Positions 26,740 through 36,615 of a stretch of 50,217 nucleotides of DNA are shown here, piece by piece (the first letter of the stretch is position 1; every line of letters begins with the position of its first letter). The notes under the pieces were generated by a model. The model was not told the DNA's origin. It made no database searches and was given only the letters and a program-made list of their open reading frames with translations. The DNA is from an uncultured archaeon. GTDB taxonomy: Archaea > Asgardarchaeota > Heimdallarchaeia > Heimdallarchaeales > Kariarchaeaceae. The stretch covers positions 1 to 50,217 of the forward strand of contig CAZYCQ010000019.1 of NCBI GenBank assembly GCA_964645535.1, read 5' to 3'. The translations under genes were made by a program, and so were the position numbers.

Positions 26740-29239
26740 AATTATTGAAAGTCGAAAAGAATTAGTCAAGGGAATGTCAATTCCCAACTGTTCAACCGAA
26801 GGTGAAGGTGGGTGTGGTGTTGTTGGTTTTGCCAGCTCTTCACAGGTCGGTGGACGTCATCTCCTTGCGGCTCTGAGGCAAATGACCAATCGAGGCAATG
26901 GTAAGGGAGGTGGGATCGCGGCTGTCGGACTTGATCCTGACTTCTTCGGAATTGACCAAAATGTTCTGGATTCCCATTACCTAATCGCAGTTGCCTATTT
27001 GGATGAAAACATCCGCAATGAGCTTGAACAAGAATTCATCTTCAGCAAATTTGATGTTGCAAAATCAGGGAAACTTGAGGTACATGCAACCCCCTCGGAA
27101 TTAGGTCTTGAGGTCATTCCTCCTACTGTCCATTACTATTTCTGCATCCCGAGGAAAGATCGATTGGATGAATTTGCAAAGGCACACGGACTGGAAACAT
27201 TTTCTCCCGTAGAGATATCCGATGAATATGTCTATCAGAACTCATTCCTTCTCAACAAGAAGTACTATTCCTCTCTTGGGGAGAAAAAGGCCTTTGTCCT
27301 GTCACATGGAAAGAACTTGATTGTCTTGAAAATTGTAGGGTATGCTAACCAAGTGATTGAATATTATCAACTTGAAGACTTCAAGGCTCACATTTGGATC
27401 GGTCATCACCGGTATCCCACAAAGGGAACTGTCTGGCATCCTGGTGGTGCACATCCCTTCATTGGATTGAATGAGGCTCTGGTTCATAATGGTGACTTTG
27501 CAAATTATCATGCGGTCGCAGAGTACCTTGCTCAACGGAATATCTATCCACTTTTCCTTACAGATACGGAGGTGGCGGCACTCCAGTTCGACCTCTATTC
27601 ACGAGTGTATAAATATCCCATAGAGGCTGTAATTGAGGCATTGGCACCTACAACTGAGAGAGACTTCATCCTTTTGCCGGATGAAAAAAGGGATCTTTAT
27701 TACAAGATTCAATATAACCACCTTCACGGCTCTCCTGATGGACCGTGGTTTTTCATTGTTGCCCAGAATTCTCCATATCTTGATACAATGAATCTTATAG
27801 GTATTACCGATACTTCCATGCTGCGACCGCAAGTATTCGCCCTTCAAGAAGGGGAGGAAACAATCGGCTTGATTGCTTCAGAAAGGCAGGCTATAGATGC
27901 TATTCTTCGATCCCTTTCCCAAGAGAATCCTGCATTTGGTTCGAAAGCGGATATCTATTGGAATGCCAGAGGTGGAAGCCACACCGATGGAGGTGCCTTC
28001 ATCTTCTCGGTTGACAAGAAAACCAAGGAAATGATTTGCACGAACAAATTCGGTCAAGTTGTGCAAGTTCCATCCAAGAAAGATGATTATGAACTTGTAA
28101 ATGCTGTGAAACGGTTTATTCCCCAGAAAGACTATTCCCTTCTCGAACAAGCTTTGGATAACGCGGAATCTCTCCAAGGTCTCATTGACTCCTTACTTGA
28201 AATTGCAAATGAAAACAATCTGGTCGATGTCTATCGTTCCCTCTCTTTCCTTATGGACATCTGGCATGTTCTTCCCTATTCAAAGAATGGCCGGTTGAGA
28301 GGTAACCTAGAAGATGCACTGAATCATGTCCTGAGAATGGTTCCAATGATTGATTCGGAAGTTTCAAGTGTCTGGAAACGAATGGGCTATGAGACCCGTG
28401 AAAGAATACGTAAACCAAAGGATGGTGAACATATTTTGGTTTTGGATGCTTCTAGATTTCCCCCTGAAGGGGATGATGCTGCTGCAATGAGCATAGTTGA
28501 AGCATTTCAATTAGGATGGAACCATGTGGTCACCTTTGACTGGCGAGGTCAAAGATTCTGCGGAAGTGGACTGGGACCCAATTCAGACGGTTTCAGGATT
28601 GATGTATATGGCAATCCTGGCGATTATCTGGGATCCGGGCTTGATGGCGCAGAAATCTATGTCCACACATCAGCTCAGGATCAAGTTGGTCAGATCATGA
28701 GGAGAGGAAAGCTGGTCATTTTCGGTGATGTAGGTCAAACATTCATGTATGGTGCAAAAGGCGGTGAGGCATTCGTACTTGGCAATGCAGCTGGTCGTCC
28801 ATTGATCAATGCAGGAGGTCGTCCCAGAGTCGTCATCAATGGAACTTGTCTTGACTATCTTGCGGAATCCTTCATGGCTGGCGATCCATTGAATGGAGGA
28901 GGCTTCGTGATTGTCAACGGTGTAAAATTCGATAATTTTGGCAATCTCGTTAATTTGGAAACTCCCTATCCTGGAGGGAATCTCTTTTCATTGGCTTCTG
29001 GAGGGGCAATTTACATTAGGGATCCTTATCGATTGGTTGGTGAGGATCAATTGAATGGCGGTAAATTTTCCTCGCTTTCAGAAAAAGATGTTTCACTGAT
29101 TTACCATTATCTATGTGAGAACAGAAAACTCTTCCATTTCTTCCCTGTCAGCCAGCAGGAGTTGACAAAACTCTCTGAAGGGAATCCTGAAGTATCCTAT
29201 CGAAAAGTAGTCCCAGTCAAACTGAAAGAACTTTCTTAA
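26732..29239 (+). CDS. Glutamate synthase GATase-2 domain fused to a GXGXG (GltB domain 3) domain
   Basis: EGGCGVVG Ntn nucleophile, RGNGKGGG, GHHRYPT, GAHPF, HNGD; C-terminal GNPGDYLGSG/GDVGQTFMYG/GNAAGR repeats; GGAGGT RBS. Confidence 0.9.
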   Translation: MHKIIESRKELVKGMSIPNCSTEGEGGCGVVGFASSSQVGGRHLLAALRQMTNRGNGKGGGIAAVGLDPDFFGIDQNVLDSHYLIAVAYLDENIRNELEQEFIFSKFDVAKSGKLEVHATPSELGLEVIPPTVHYYFCIPRKDRLDEFAKAHGLETFSPVEISDEYVYQNSFLLNKKYYSSLGEKKAFVLSHGKNLIVLKIVGYANQVIEYYQLEDFKAHIWIGHHRYPTKGTVWHPGGAHPFIGLNEALVHNGDFANYHAVAEYLAQRNIYPLFLTDTEVAALQFDLYSRVYKYPIEAVIEALAPTTERDFILLPDEKRDLYYKIQYNHLHGSPDGPWFFIVAQNSPYLDTMNLIGITDTSMLRPQVFALQEGEETIGLIASERQAIDAILRSLSQENPAFGSKADIYWNARGGSHTDGGAFIFSVDKKTKEMICTNKFGQVVQVPSKKDDYELVNAVKRFIPQKDYSLLEQALDNAESLQGLIDSLLEIANENNLVDVYRSLSFLMDIWHVLPYSKNGRLRGNLEDALNHVLRMVPMIDSEVSSVWKRMGYETRERIRKPKDGEHILVLDASRFPPEGDDAAAMSIVEAFQLGWNHVVTFDWRGQRFCGSGLGPNSDGFRIDVYGNPGDYLGSGLDGAEIYVHTSAQDQVGQIMRRGKLVIFGDVGQTFMYGAKGGEAFVLGNAAGRPLINAGGRPRVVINGTCLDYLAESFMAGDPLNGGGFVIVNGVKFDNFGNLVNLETPYPGGNLFSLASGGAIYIRDPYRLVGEDQLNGGKFSSLSEKDVSLIYHYLCENRKLFHFFPVSQQELTKLSEGNPEVSYRKVVPVKLKELS

Positions 29240-30081
29240 TCTTCCAACATATTCGCTTCAGGTTCAAAACCTTCTGCAAAAACGGGTTTTATCTCCGAAA
29301 CTTTGATGTCTGGATATTTGTCTAAAATAGCTTGTCTCCATTCCTCCGCCACATTTTCAACCTCCTGTTTCCCCATTGTGGTCGAGTAGACATGCAAAGC
29401 GAGCCAATAGGTTTTATCTTTCTTTGGGTGGCTCTTGAAGTAACATTCTGGATATTTTTTGACAAGGGATCTTGTAATTTTTGAAATTTTTGATTCTCCG
29501 ATCCCATATGCATTGAATCCGAATTCATGTAGTTCTGCCTTTCCAAATTGTTTGACAAGCAATGGTATTATTTCCCAATCCAGAATTGATTTCATTTCTC
29601 TTGGAACTCCTGGAAGGGAGAACCAAAGCATGTTGTCCACTTGTGTCATTACTCCCGGTGCTACCCCTTCCCGATTTCGAAGGGGCTTACTTCCTTTTGG
29701 CAATTTTGCCATTTTTAACCGTGTGTCGGAAATTTCGGTGGTTCCCAACCGTTCAGCAATGAATTGAAGCGCTTGTTGGTTCAACTCAAGAGGGATCCCC
29801 AAATGTCTGGCAATAGCCTCAAGTTGAATGTCATCATGTGTCGGACCCAAACCGCCCATTATGAAAAGAATTGGAGGACGTCTCTTTCTTATCTCCTTCA
29901 AAGTCTGATCTATATCTTCAAAATAATCCCCTATGGTCGTTATTCGTTTGACCCTGTATCCCAATTTTGTCATTTTCAAGCCGATATATGAGGCATTCGT
30001 ATTGACTGTCCTACCAATGAGGAGCTCGTTTCCGAGACAAAGCATTTCCACGTCTGGGAGGCTCACGATGTTCTTGAGCAC
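29236..30081 (-). CDS. CinA-like protein (molybdopterin-binding-like domain; ADP-ribose/FAD pyrophosphatase family)
   Basis: GNELLIGRTVNTNA, GGLGPTHDD, GVAPG, LPGVPREM, GIGES. Confidence 0.88.
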   Translation of the reverse strand: MLKNIVSLPDVEMLCLGNELLIGRTVNTNASYIGLKMTKLGYRVKRITTIGDYFEDIDQTLKEIRKRRPPILFIMGGLGPTHDDIQLEAIARHLGIPLELNQQALQFIAERLGTTEISDTRLKMAKLPKGSKPLRNREGVAPGVMTQVDNMLWFSLPGVPREMKSILDWEIIPLLVKQFGKAELHEFGFNAYGIGESKISKITRSLVKKYPECYFKSHPKKDKTYWLALHVYSTTMGKQEVENVAEEWRQAILDKYPDIKVSEIKPVFAEGFEPEANMLED

Positions 30082-30089
30082 TCTATGAT

Positions 30090-30740
30090 TTAAGATTGTT
30101 TACCTTCCGAATGTTCAATTTTTCTCACTTCTTCAATTTCTTTCGTCCTATAGCGTGCAAGAATCCTGTTGATGAGGGACGTGGTTGACAATCCCTCAAC
30201 ATCTGATTTTAACCGTTGAATGGCAATGTTTTTCATACCTCTTCCTTCCAATTGCTTCTGCAGTTTTTCAATATCGTAATGTTGATCTGCTCCAATGGCA
30301 ATGACATCCGGTTTTATCCACTCAATGGTTTTGAGATGGTCTTCCTTGTTTCCAAGCACGGCAATATCAACAGGTTTCAGGTTTTCAACAATTATACGTC
30401 TGTCTTCCTCATGGTTGATGGGAGCTCTTTTCCATCTTTTTGCCGTTTCATCCCTTGCAATCACAACCACAAGCAAGTCTCCCAATGACTTTGCTTCATT
30501 CAATGTCTCTATATGTCCGCGATGAATGAGATCATAAACTCCTCCCGTAAAAATTACTTTGAATTGTTTTCTTCCATCTGGTGTCAAGTAAAGTCCATTT
30601 GCTCCTTGACCGACCCATCCCTTCTCCATCAACTTTTTGATAATTTCCTTTTCTGCTTCGGTTTCAATGATGCTTTCCTCGAAAGGGCGACCCCTGAGGG
30701 TTTCCAAATAAATTTTCTTTAGAAGGTCTGTGTAATTCAC
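30090..30740 (-). CDS. ribL: Archaeal FAD synthase (cytidylyltransferase family) with an N-terminal wHTH-like extension
   Basis: GGVYDLIHRGH (HIGH-like), LVVVIARD, KPDVIAIGADQ, STTSL. Confidence 0.75.
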   Translation of the reverse strand: MNYTDLLKKIYLETLRGRPFEESIIETEAEKEIIKKLMEKGWVGQGANGLYLTPDGRKQFKVIFTGGVYDLIHRGHIETLNEAKSLGDLLVVVIARDETAKRWKRAPINHEEDRRIIVENLKPVDIAVLGNKEDHLKTIEWIKPDVIAIGADQHYDIEKLQKQLEGRGMKNIAIQRLKSDVEGLSTTSLINRILARYRTKEIEEVRKIEHSEGKQS

Positions 30741-30931
30741 GTTAATTCCCTTTGATTATGTTTTACACTGTTTCTCTTTATTTGAACATATGCATCCATC
30801 TTCCAACCAATATACAAAGGTAACCAACTTTCTGTGAATCTTCAGGCAGAACAATCATTCAACATAAATGAACATAAATTCAAGTGGAGGTTTAAATTTG
30901 AAGAAATCCGAACTATTTTGAGAGTGGAAAC

Positions 30932-32254
30932 TTGCCTGTGATCAACTTCAAATCACCCAAAAGACTGCCTCCCTTGTTGTCAGAGGCCTGTCAAATCCAT
31001 TTGAGGTGTATCATGAAGGCAATCAATGATGTCCATCCGAGACGGCGGTTTTTCAATCTGGATGATGAACCCTTCCAATATCCCAAGCAAGTGATGATCG
31101 CGATAGGCAAAAATGCACTGGAAATGGCTCTGAGTTGCAATGAGAAATCAAAAACTGGTTTCCAGAAAGTATATGTGTTGCAAGTGGCTGGTTATTACGC
31201 AGAAGATAGTCTCAAGTTAATGCCTGCTGACTGGTTTTTTGTGGAAACTTCACATCCTCTTCCAGACAAACAAACATTCGAAGCTTCAAAGCATGTGCTC
31301 GATTATCTCCAGTCACTTGATGAAGATACTGCGGTTCATTTCTGTGTGAGTGGAGGCGCTTCATCGAGCTTTGCCCTTCCCGAAATCGGTCTCACAGAAA
31401 GACTCTACAATGATATCGTAAAACAAGCAATGAATTCCGGATTTGACATTTACCAGCTAAACTACATTAGGGCTCTTATAGATCAGACAAAAGGTGGAAA
31501 GACTGGTGCTTTGATCCCAAACAACATAATCCATACTTGGGTGGTATCCGACATTATTGATGATAATCCGGCATATGTAGGATCTGGACCTACTGTGACA
31601 GGCATGAGAAGAGACCCAGAAATGGAGGACTGGCTCCAGAAAATCCTTGCTGATTTGGGTGCTGATGTCCGCTTCGAATACCTCCTCGAATTGTTTGGTG
31701 TAGCACAAGATGACAGACGCAATCATACTCCTCATCTTGTGACGACACGGAAAGATTTCGCAAAAGCATTACAGGAGAGGCTGACCAAGTCCGGATTTTC
31801 CAATGAGATCGTCTCCATTGATCTTCAAGGATCCGTTCATACCTGTGCAATTGAGATAATGAAGAAAATTGCAAAAACAGCATCCACCGCCACAGAAGAA
31901 TTGCGTCATACACTTATTTGGATGGGAGAACCCACAATAGAACTAACAGAGGAGGCTTCAAAAGGAAAGGGCGGGCGAATATCCGCCTTATCGATCCTTA
32001 TGGCTGAACATTTGAAAAATCACCCCAACATTCTCTTTCTAGGATTGGCGACAGATGGAAAGGATGGACAATCTCCTGATGCAGGATATGTTGTTTCTGC
32101 TGAAACATGGGATCATTTGCGACCCCTTGGTGGGCCATATTCCATTCTGAAAAAAGGAAATTCAGGAATGGCTCTATCTTCACTTGGATATGGAATCAGC
32201 CTTTCACACACCCAAATCAATTTACTGGATCTTTTCCTTGTCATTTTTATCTAG
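30932..32254 (+). CDS. Glycerate 2-kinase family protein (DUF4147 + MOFRL)
   Basis: AIGKNA, SHPLPD, SGGASS, KGG, VSDI.DD...GSGPT, GEPT, GKGGR, TDGKDG. Confidence 0.85.
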   Translation: MPVINFKSPKRLPPLLSEACQIHLRCIMKAINDVHPRRRFFNLDDEPFQYPKQVMIAIGKNALEMALSCNEKSKTGFQKVYVLQVAGYYAEDSLKLMPADWFFVETSHPLPDKQTFEASKHVLDYLQSLDEDTAVHFCVSGGASSSFALPEIGLTERLYNDIVKQAMNSGFDIYQLNYIRALIDQTKGGKTGALIPNNIIHTWVVSDIIDDNPAYVGSGPTVTGMRRDPEMEDWLQKILADLGADVRFEYLLELFGVAQDDRRNHTPHLVTTRKDFAKALQERLTKSGFSNEIVSIDLQGSVHTCAIEIMKKIAKTASTATEELRHTLIWMGEPTIELTEEASKGKGGRISALSILMAEHLKNHPNILFLGLATDGKDGQSPDAGYVVSAETWDHLRPLGGPYSILKKGNSGMALSSLGYGISLSHTQINLLDLFLVIFI

Positions 32255-32326
32255 AAAATAGCTTAGATTTAAGAAAAACATTCTTATTAGATCGAAATGC
32301 CTACCTAATAGGGAAAGACAGTTAAA

Positions 32327-34048
32327 ATGAAAAAAACACTATTCCTCCTTTGTATCTGGGTCATTTCTTCCATCTATCTCCCTTCCCATTTGGCAATGAC
32401 GACCCAATCTCTAGCATCTTCCAATCCTCAAACGGATCTCCAAGTGAATTCAACCGATGTCATTCCCTTTGTCAATGCATCTTCCCCTACTGTTGAAAGA
32501 GGTAATTCCATCTCAATCTTGATTGGCATTATAAGCAAGGAAAATACCTCTGCATATGTGGCAGGTATTCCTTTCAGTCTTTCCCTTTATGATGTGGAAC
32601 GGAACCTGACTCGATCTTTACTAAATGACACTACCATTGATGATGTCTATAATTATACTCTTGAAACATATTTTACTCCAACTCCTTTGGCAAGTGGTAC
32701 CTACATTGCAAATGTCACATTCCAATTTGTGGATGCCCTGATAGTTGCCAATACAACTTTTCAGGTAATCCTTGATCCTGATGCAAGAGTCATTTTTCAA
32801 CCAAGCCATTCCATGGTGGATTTCATTACTGTAGGGGATAATCTTACAATTGACCTGAAAATAGAGAATGTTGGTGCATCAAATGCCTTCAATATTTCTG
32901 TTAGCTTGCAATCGATTGATGAACCTGTTGGGTTAATTGCTCCGCAATTTCCATTGAAGATACCTTTGGTTCCACCTGAGGGAATTATTGTGTTCAATTT
33001 CACCGTCTCTCCTCCTAGATTTGGCGTGGGGAAACTGTCTTTCCTGACATCCTTCAGCAATGCCCAAGGAATCACTAAAGTTGGAACCACAGCCATCCTT
33101 TTCCGGATCTTACCTCGGCTTACTGGTTCTTTCTCTCCAAATACTGAACTTTTCTCTGGCAATGTCACCTCGTTCAACATACGGATAAATAATTTAGAAA
33201 ATGCGAACCTCACAATTTCATTCACTCTGACATCCGACTTGATCTCCTTCTTTTCGGATATCGATGCAAATAAACAGACACTCTTGGCAAAGGCAACACT
33301 TTCAAAATCGATTACCGGAACTGTTCTTAAAGATGGAGAGGCGACCGTTACTTTTAGGGTGGTATTCTTTGATGAAGATGGCAGTGATGCAGTAGATGTT
33401 CTGATCATTACTCAGACCGTTACAATTTCAACATCTCCAATCCGGGTGATCATCAATCAAAATCCTTCAACAATCTTGTTTTTCATCAATATATTCATCC
33501 TTGCATTTCTTTCCCTTTCAGTTATCGTTCTATATTTCAAACCCGACTTGAGAAACCAAATCTTACGACGTTTTATGGCTCCCAGCATTCCTGATTATGC
33601 ACTTGAAACACAAACGGTCATTGTCGATGGATCTAATGTGGCATGGGAGAAGCCGACTCCCGAAGGGAAAGCAGATTTGGCAAATATTGACCGGGCAATC
33701 GATAGCTTACGGCAGGCTGGTTTCAAAAAAATCATTGTTATAGCTGATGCTGCACTGAGATACCAAGTTGCAGACAGGGAGGAATTTGACAAGGCTGCCA
33801 AAAAAGGAAAGATTCATGTCATGCCTGCGAAAGTGTCCGCAGATCATTTTATCCTGCGACTTGCAAAAGACCTCAATGCAATGATTCTTTCCAATGACCT
33901 TTTCAAGGAATTCCGAGATACCCAAGATGATATCGACGAAAAGCGGATACCATTTACCATTTTCAATGGCTTAGTCTACCTTCATCCATTGGGGAAAAAA
34001 ATCGAAAAAAGAAATGAAAATCAACCTCTCCAAAATCACAAAAATTAA
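32327..34048 (+). CDS. Single-pass membrane protein: signal peptide, extracellular beta-sandwich (CARDB/S-layer-like) region, TM helix, cytoplasmic Zc3h12a/Regnase-type NYN RNase domain
   Basis: Signal peptide MKKTLFLLCIWVISS; more than 10 N-x-S/T sequons; LKIENVGASNAFNISV CARDB-like motif; TM at about 33470-33540; then VIVDGSNVA...IADAALRY...SADHFIL...ILSNDLFKEF...RIPF. Confidence 0.85.
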   Translation: MKKTLFLLCIWVISSIYLPSHLAMTTQSLASSNPQTDLQVNSTDVIPFVNASSPTVERGNSISILIGIISKENTSAYVAGIPFSLSLYDVERNLTRSLLNDTTIDDVYNYTLETYFTPTPLASGTYIANVTFQFVDALIVANTTFQVILDPDARVIFQPSHSMVDFITVGDNLTIDLKIENVGASNAFNISVSLQSIDEPVGLIAPQFPLKIPLVPPEGIIVFNFTVSPPRFGVGKLSFLTSFSNAQGITKVGTTAILFRILPRLTGSFSPNTELFSGNVTSFNIRINNLENANLTISFTLTSDLISFFSDIDANKQTLLAKATLSKSITGTVLKDGEATVTFRVVFFDEDGSDAVDVLIITQTVTISTSPIRVIINQNPSTILFFINIFILAFLSLSVIVLYFKPDLRNQILRRFMAPSIPDYALETQTVIVDGSNVAWEKPTPEGKADLANIDRAIDSLRQAGFKKIIVIADAALRYQVADREEFDKAAKKGKIHVMPAKVSADHFILRLAKDLNAMILSNDLFKEFRDTQDDIDEKRIPFTIFNGLVYLHPLGKKIEKRNENQPLQNHKN

Positions 34049-34072
34049 ACAAGCATTGACCAGAGACAGTTG

Positions 34073-35662
34073 ATGAAGATCAACATTTTCTTATTGCTGT
34101 TGCTGATCGGTCTCTCTCTAGTTCCTTTCACCACAGCCGCCCCAAACCAAACTTCACCCAACGTTGTTTTGATGATTGGCGATGGCATGGGGCCAGAACA
34201 GATAAAGCTTGCCAGTCTAGTGGAATATGGAACACCCAATGGTTCAATCATGCAAACCGAATTTCCGATTGCATCTCAATATGTTACCAATAACATAGAC
34301 GGAAAAATAACTGATAGTGCAGCAGGTGGCAGTGCAATTGCAACCGGGCAGCTCACTGCAAATGGTGTCATTTCAATGGATGAAACAAAGAGTATTCGGG
34401 TTAAGACGATTTTGGAATACCTGAAAGATGACTTTGGTTATGCAACAGGTTTGATCACCACCACAGAATTTGCCCATGCGACACCTGCCGTTTTCGGAAG
34501 CCATACCACAAATAGGGACAATAAAGAAGCTATTCGTGACCAATTGCTTTCAAGCGGTATCGATCTCATTCTCGGCGGAGGAAAAGAGGTGTCTTATGTG
34601 GGTGGGGCAGATGCCGCAAAAAGTCTAGGCGAAAGCTATGGTTACACCACGATTACTTCGAGAAACGAATTATTGACAATACCCCTTTCTTCATCCAAAA
34701 TTTTTGGTGTATTTGGAACTACAAACATGCCATATGAATTGGAACGTGATCCCTCCATCGATCCCAGTATCGTGGAAATGACCGACAAAGGACTGGAATT
34801 TCTCTCTCAAAAGGGAAACCCCTTCTTTCTCATGATTGAGGGCGGACGGATTGACCATGCTGGACATATGGTCAACAGTAATGAAAACAAGACGCTTTAC
34901 AATGTTATGGAAACAATCATGTTTGAAAAAGCAGTGCGAAGAGTTCTGGATTTCGCAAAGCAGGATGGAAACACGATTGTTGTTGTGGCTGCCGATCACG
35001 AAACCGGTGGTTTGCAAGTTTATGACTATTCTGGTCTTGATGCCACTCTCCCTAGCGAAGACCTTTCCCGAGATGAAAACAATCAGATCAGGATGAGAAG
35101 AGTGGCTGAAATAAATGCTTCATTTTCCACAAATAGTCACACGGATACACCTGTCTACTTCTTCGGTTATGGGTCGGATTTTGGTGACGTTATCGTTGAT
35201 ACCATCGATGATGTGTTTTGGGCAATCAACGGTGCTTTAGGAAAGTTCCCAACGGTTCGAAATGATCGTTTTACCATAGAAGACACAACCATCAAATACA
35301 GCTTCGAGATAATGGATCTGGATAATTCTGCAGAATCCTACGAAATTGTCCAGATATTTGAAAATGGCACCAAACTAAGCTCTGGCAACATCTCAATTGC
35401 TGATCTCTCTCAAAACAACCAATTTGAGTATTCATTCCCCAGTCCCGAAACCAATGATTCTGTGGTCTTTTTTGTCAAGGTCCATGATTCTTCCATATCC
35501 ATTAGTTCCCTTTCAAAGACCTATCTATCTCTTCCTCCAACAAACCAGGCCACAACCGACCAAACAACAGACCTGAACTTTCCAATTTGGGTGATTTGCC
35601 TATCTTCAATCCCCTTAATTCGCCGAAAGACCGGAAAGAAATTCCTTAAGATGCTTCACTAA
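34073..35662 (+). CDS. Secreted/surface-anchored alkaline phosphatase
   Basis: Signal peptide; MIGDGMG, TDSAA (catalytic Ser), HATPA, EGGRIDHAGH, ADHETGG, SHT; Thr-rich linker then a hydrophobic segment and RRK. Confidence 0.92.
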   Translation: MKINIFLLLLLIGLSLVPFTTAAPNQTSPNVVLMIGDGMGPEQIKLASLVEYGTPNGSIMQTEFPIASQYVTNNIDGKITDSAAGGSAIATGQLTANGVISMDETKSIRVKTILEYLKDDFGYATGLITTTEFAHATPAVFGSHTTNRDNKEAIRDQLLSSGIDLILGGGKEVSYVGGADAAKSLGESYGYTTITSRNELLTIPLSSSKIFGVFGTTNMPYELERDPSIDPSIVEMTDKGLEFLSQKGNPFFLMIEGGRIDHAGHMVNSNENKTLYNVMETIMFEKAVRRVLDFAKQDGNTIVVVAADHETGGLQVYDYSGLDATLPSEDLSRDENNQIRMRRVAEINASFSTNSHTDTPVYFFGYGSDFGDVIVDTIDDVFWAINGALGKFPTVRNDRFTIEDTTIKYSFEIMDLDNSAESYEIVQIFENGTKLSSGNISIADLSQNNQFEYSFPSPETNDSVVFFVKVHDSSISISSLSKTYLSLPPTNQATTDQTTDLNFPIWVICLSSIPLIRRKTGKKFLKMLH

Positions 35663-36502
35663 TTCTTCAGGTTTATCTTCCTGAAGAAAATGACCCGCAT
35701 TGTCTATAGGAACAAATCTAGATCTGGCTAAACGTTTTGCAAATTCCCTCCCTTCCTCTTGCTTGAAAACAGGGTCTTTGTCTGAAAACATCACAAGGGA
35801 CGGAATGTCAATGGATTCCAACTTACTGAAAATCTGCAAAAAGATAGGATGATTTTCATGATTCTTGGTTGTCGGAATCATTTTCGGAAATGCTGCGATC
35901 CCCGCACGGGTTTCAGGAGAATTGTTTGCAGACAGATACACTTGCAGATCTGCATCATCAAGCTTATTCACCAATCCTTTTTCGAAGGCGGTTTTCTGGA
36001 AATACCCATTCAGCAGAAGTTTTTTTGATAAAGGTCCTGTAAACGCAAATTTGAATAACAGGGGAATGTCCACCACTGGTTTTGTCATGGTGTTCATGGC
36101 GACAAACCCTCGATATCTCTTCATGTCACGTACCAAGGCACCAAAGCCTATTGGTCCTCCCCAATCTTGAGCAATCAAAACCACGTTTTCTAAATCCAAA
36201 TCCTGAATAAAGCCTTCAACCATTCCAAGATGCATTTCAAATGTGTAAAAGTCAATGGAAGATGGCTTTGCCGAAGCTCCAAAACCAATCAAGTCTGGAG
36301 CAATGCATCGGTATTCCTTTGACAAAGAATCAATTAACTTGCGGTAAAGATAGGCTGATGTCGGATTTCCATGTAACATCAACAAATTGAGGTCACCCGA
36401 TCCTTGATCGAGATAGTGAACCTTGTGACCGTTTATTTCCATGTAATTTCGTGAAATCGAGAAATTGGGAGGATAGGGATCCATTTGTCTGACCAAAAAC
36501 AT
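35615..36502 (-). CDS. Haloalkane dehalogenase-like alpha/beta hydrolase
   Basis: LHGNPT, APDLIGFGAS, nucleophile QDWGG, DPVF, AGHFLQED. Confidence 0.88.
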   Translation of the reverse strand: MFLVRQMDPYPPNFSISRNYMEINGHKVHYLDQGSGDLNLLMLHGNPTSAYLYRKLIDSLSKEYRCIAPDLIGFGASAKPSSIDFYTFEMHLGMVEGFIQDLDLENVVLIAQDWGGPIGFGALVRDMKRYRGFVAMNTMTKPVVDIPLLFKFAFTGPLSKKLLLNGYFQKTAFEKGLVNKLDDADLQVYLSANNSPETRAGIAAFPKMIPTTKNHENHPIFLQIFSKLESIDIPSLVMFSDKDPVFKQEEGREFAKRLARSRFVPIDNAGHFLQEDKPEELVKHLKEFLSGLSAN

Positions 36503-36615
36503 ATCCTACGAACTTACTTAAGAAGTTGTATGATAGTAATCGTCACGTCGTTAACTAAATCTGATCCAGTAATGTTCGAATGAATTTATAACCAAATGAT
36601 GTGAGGATGCCTCAT

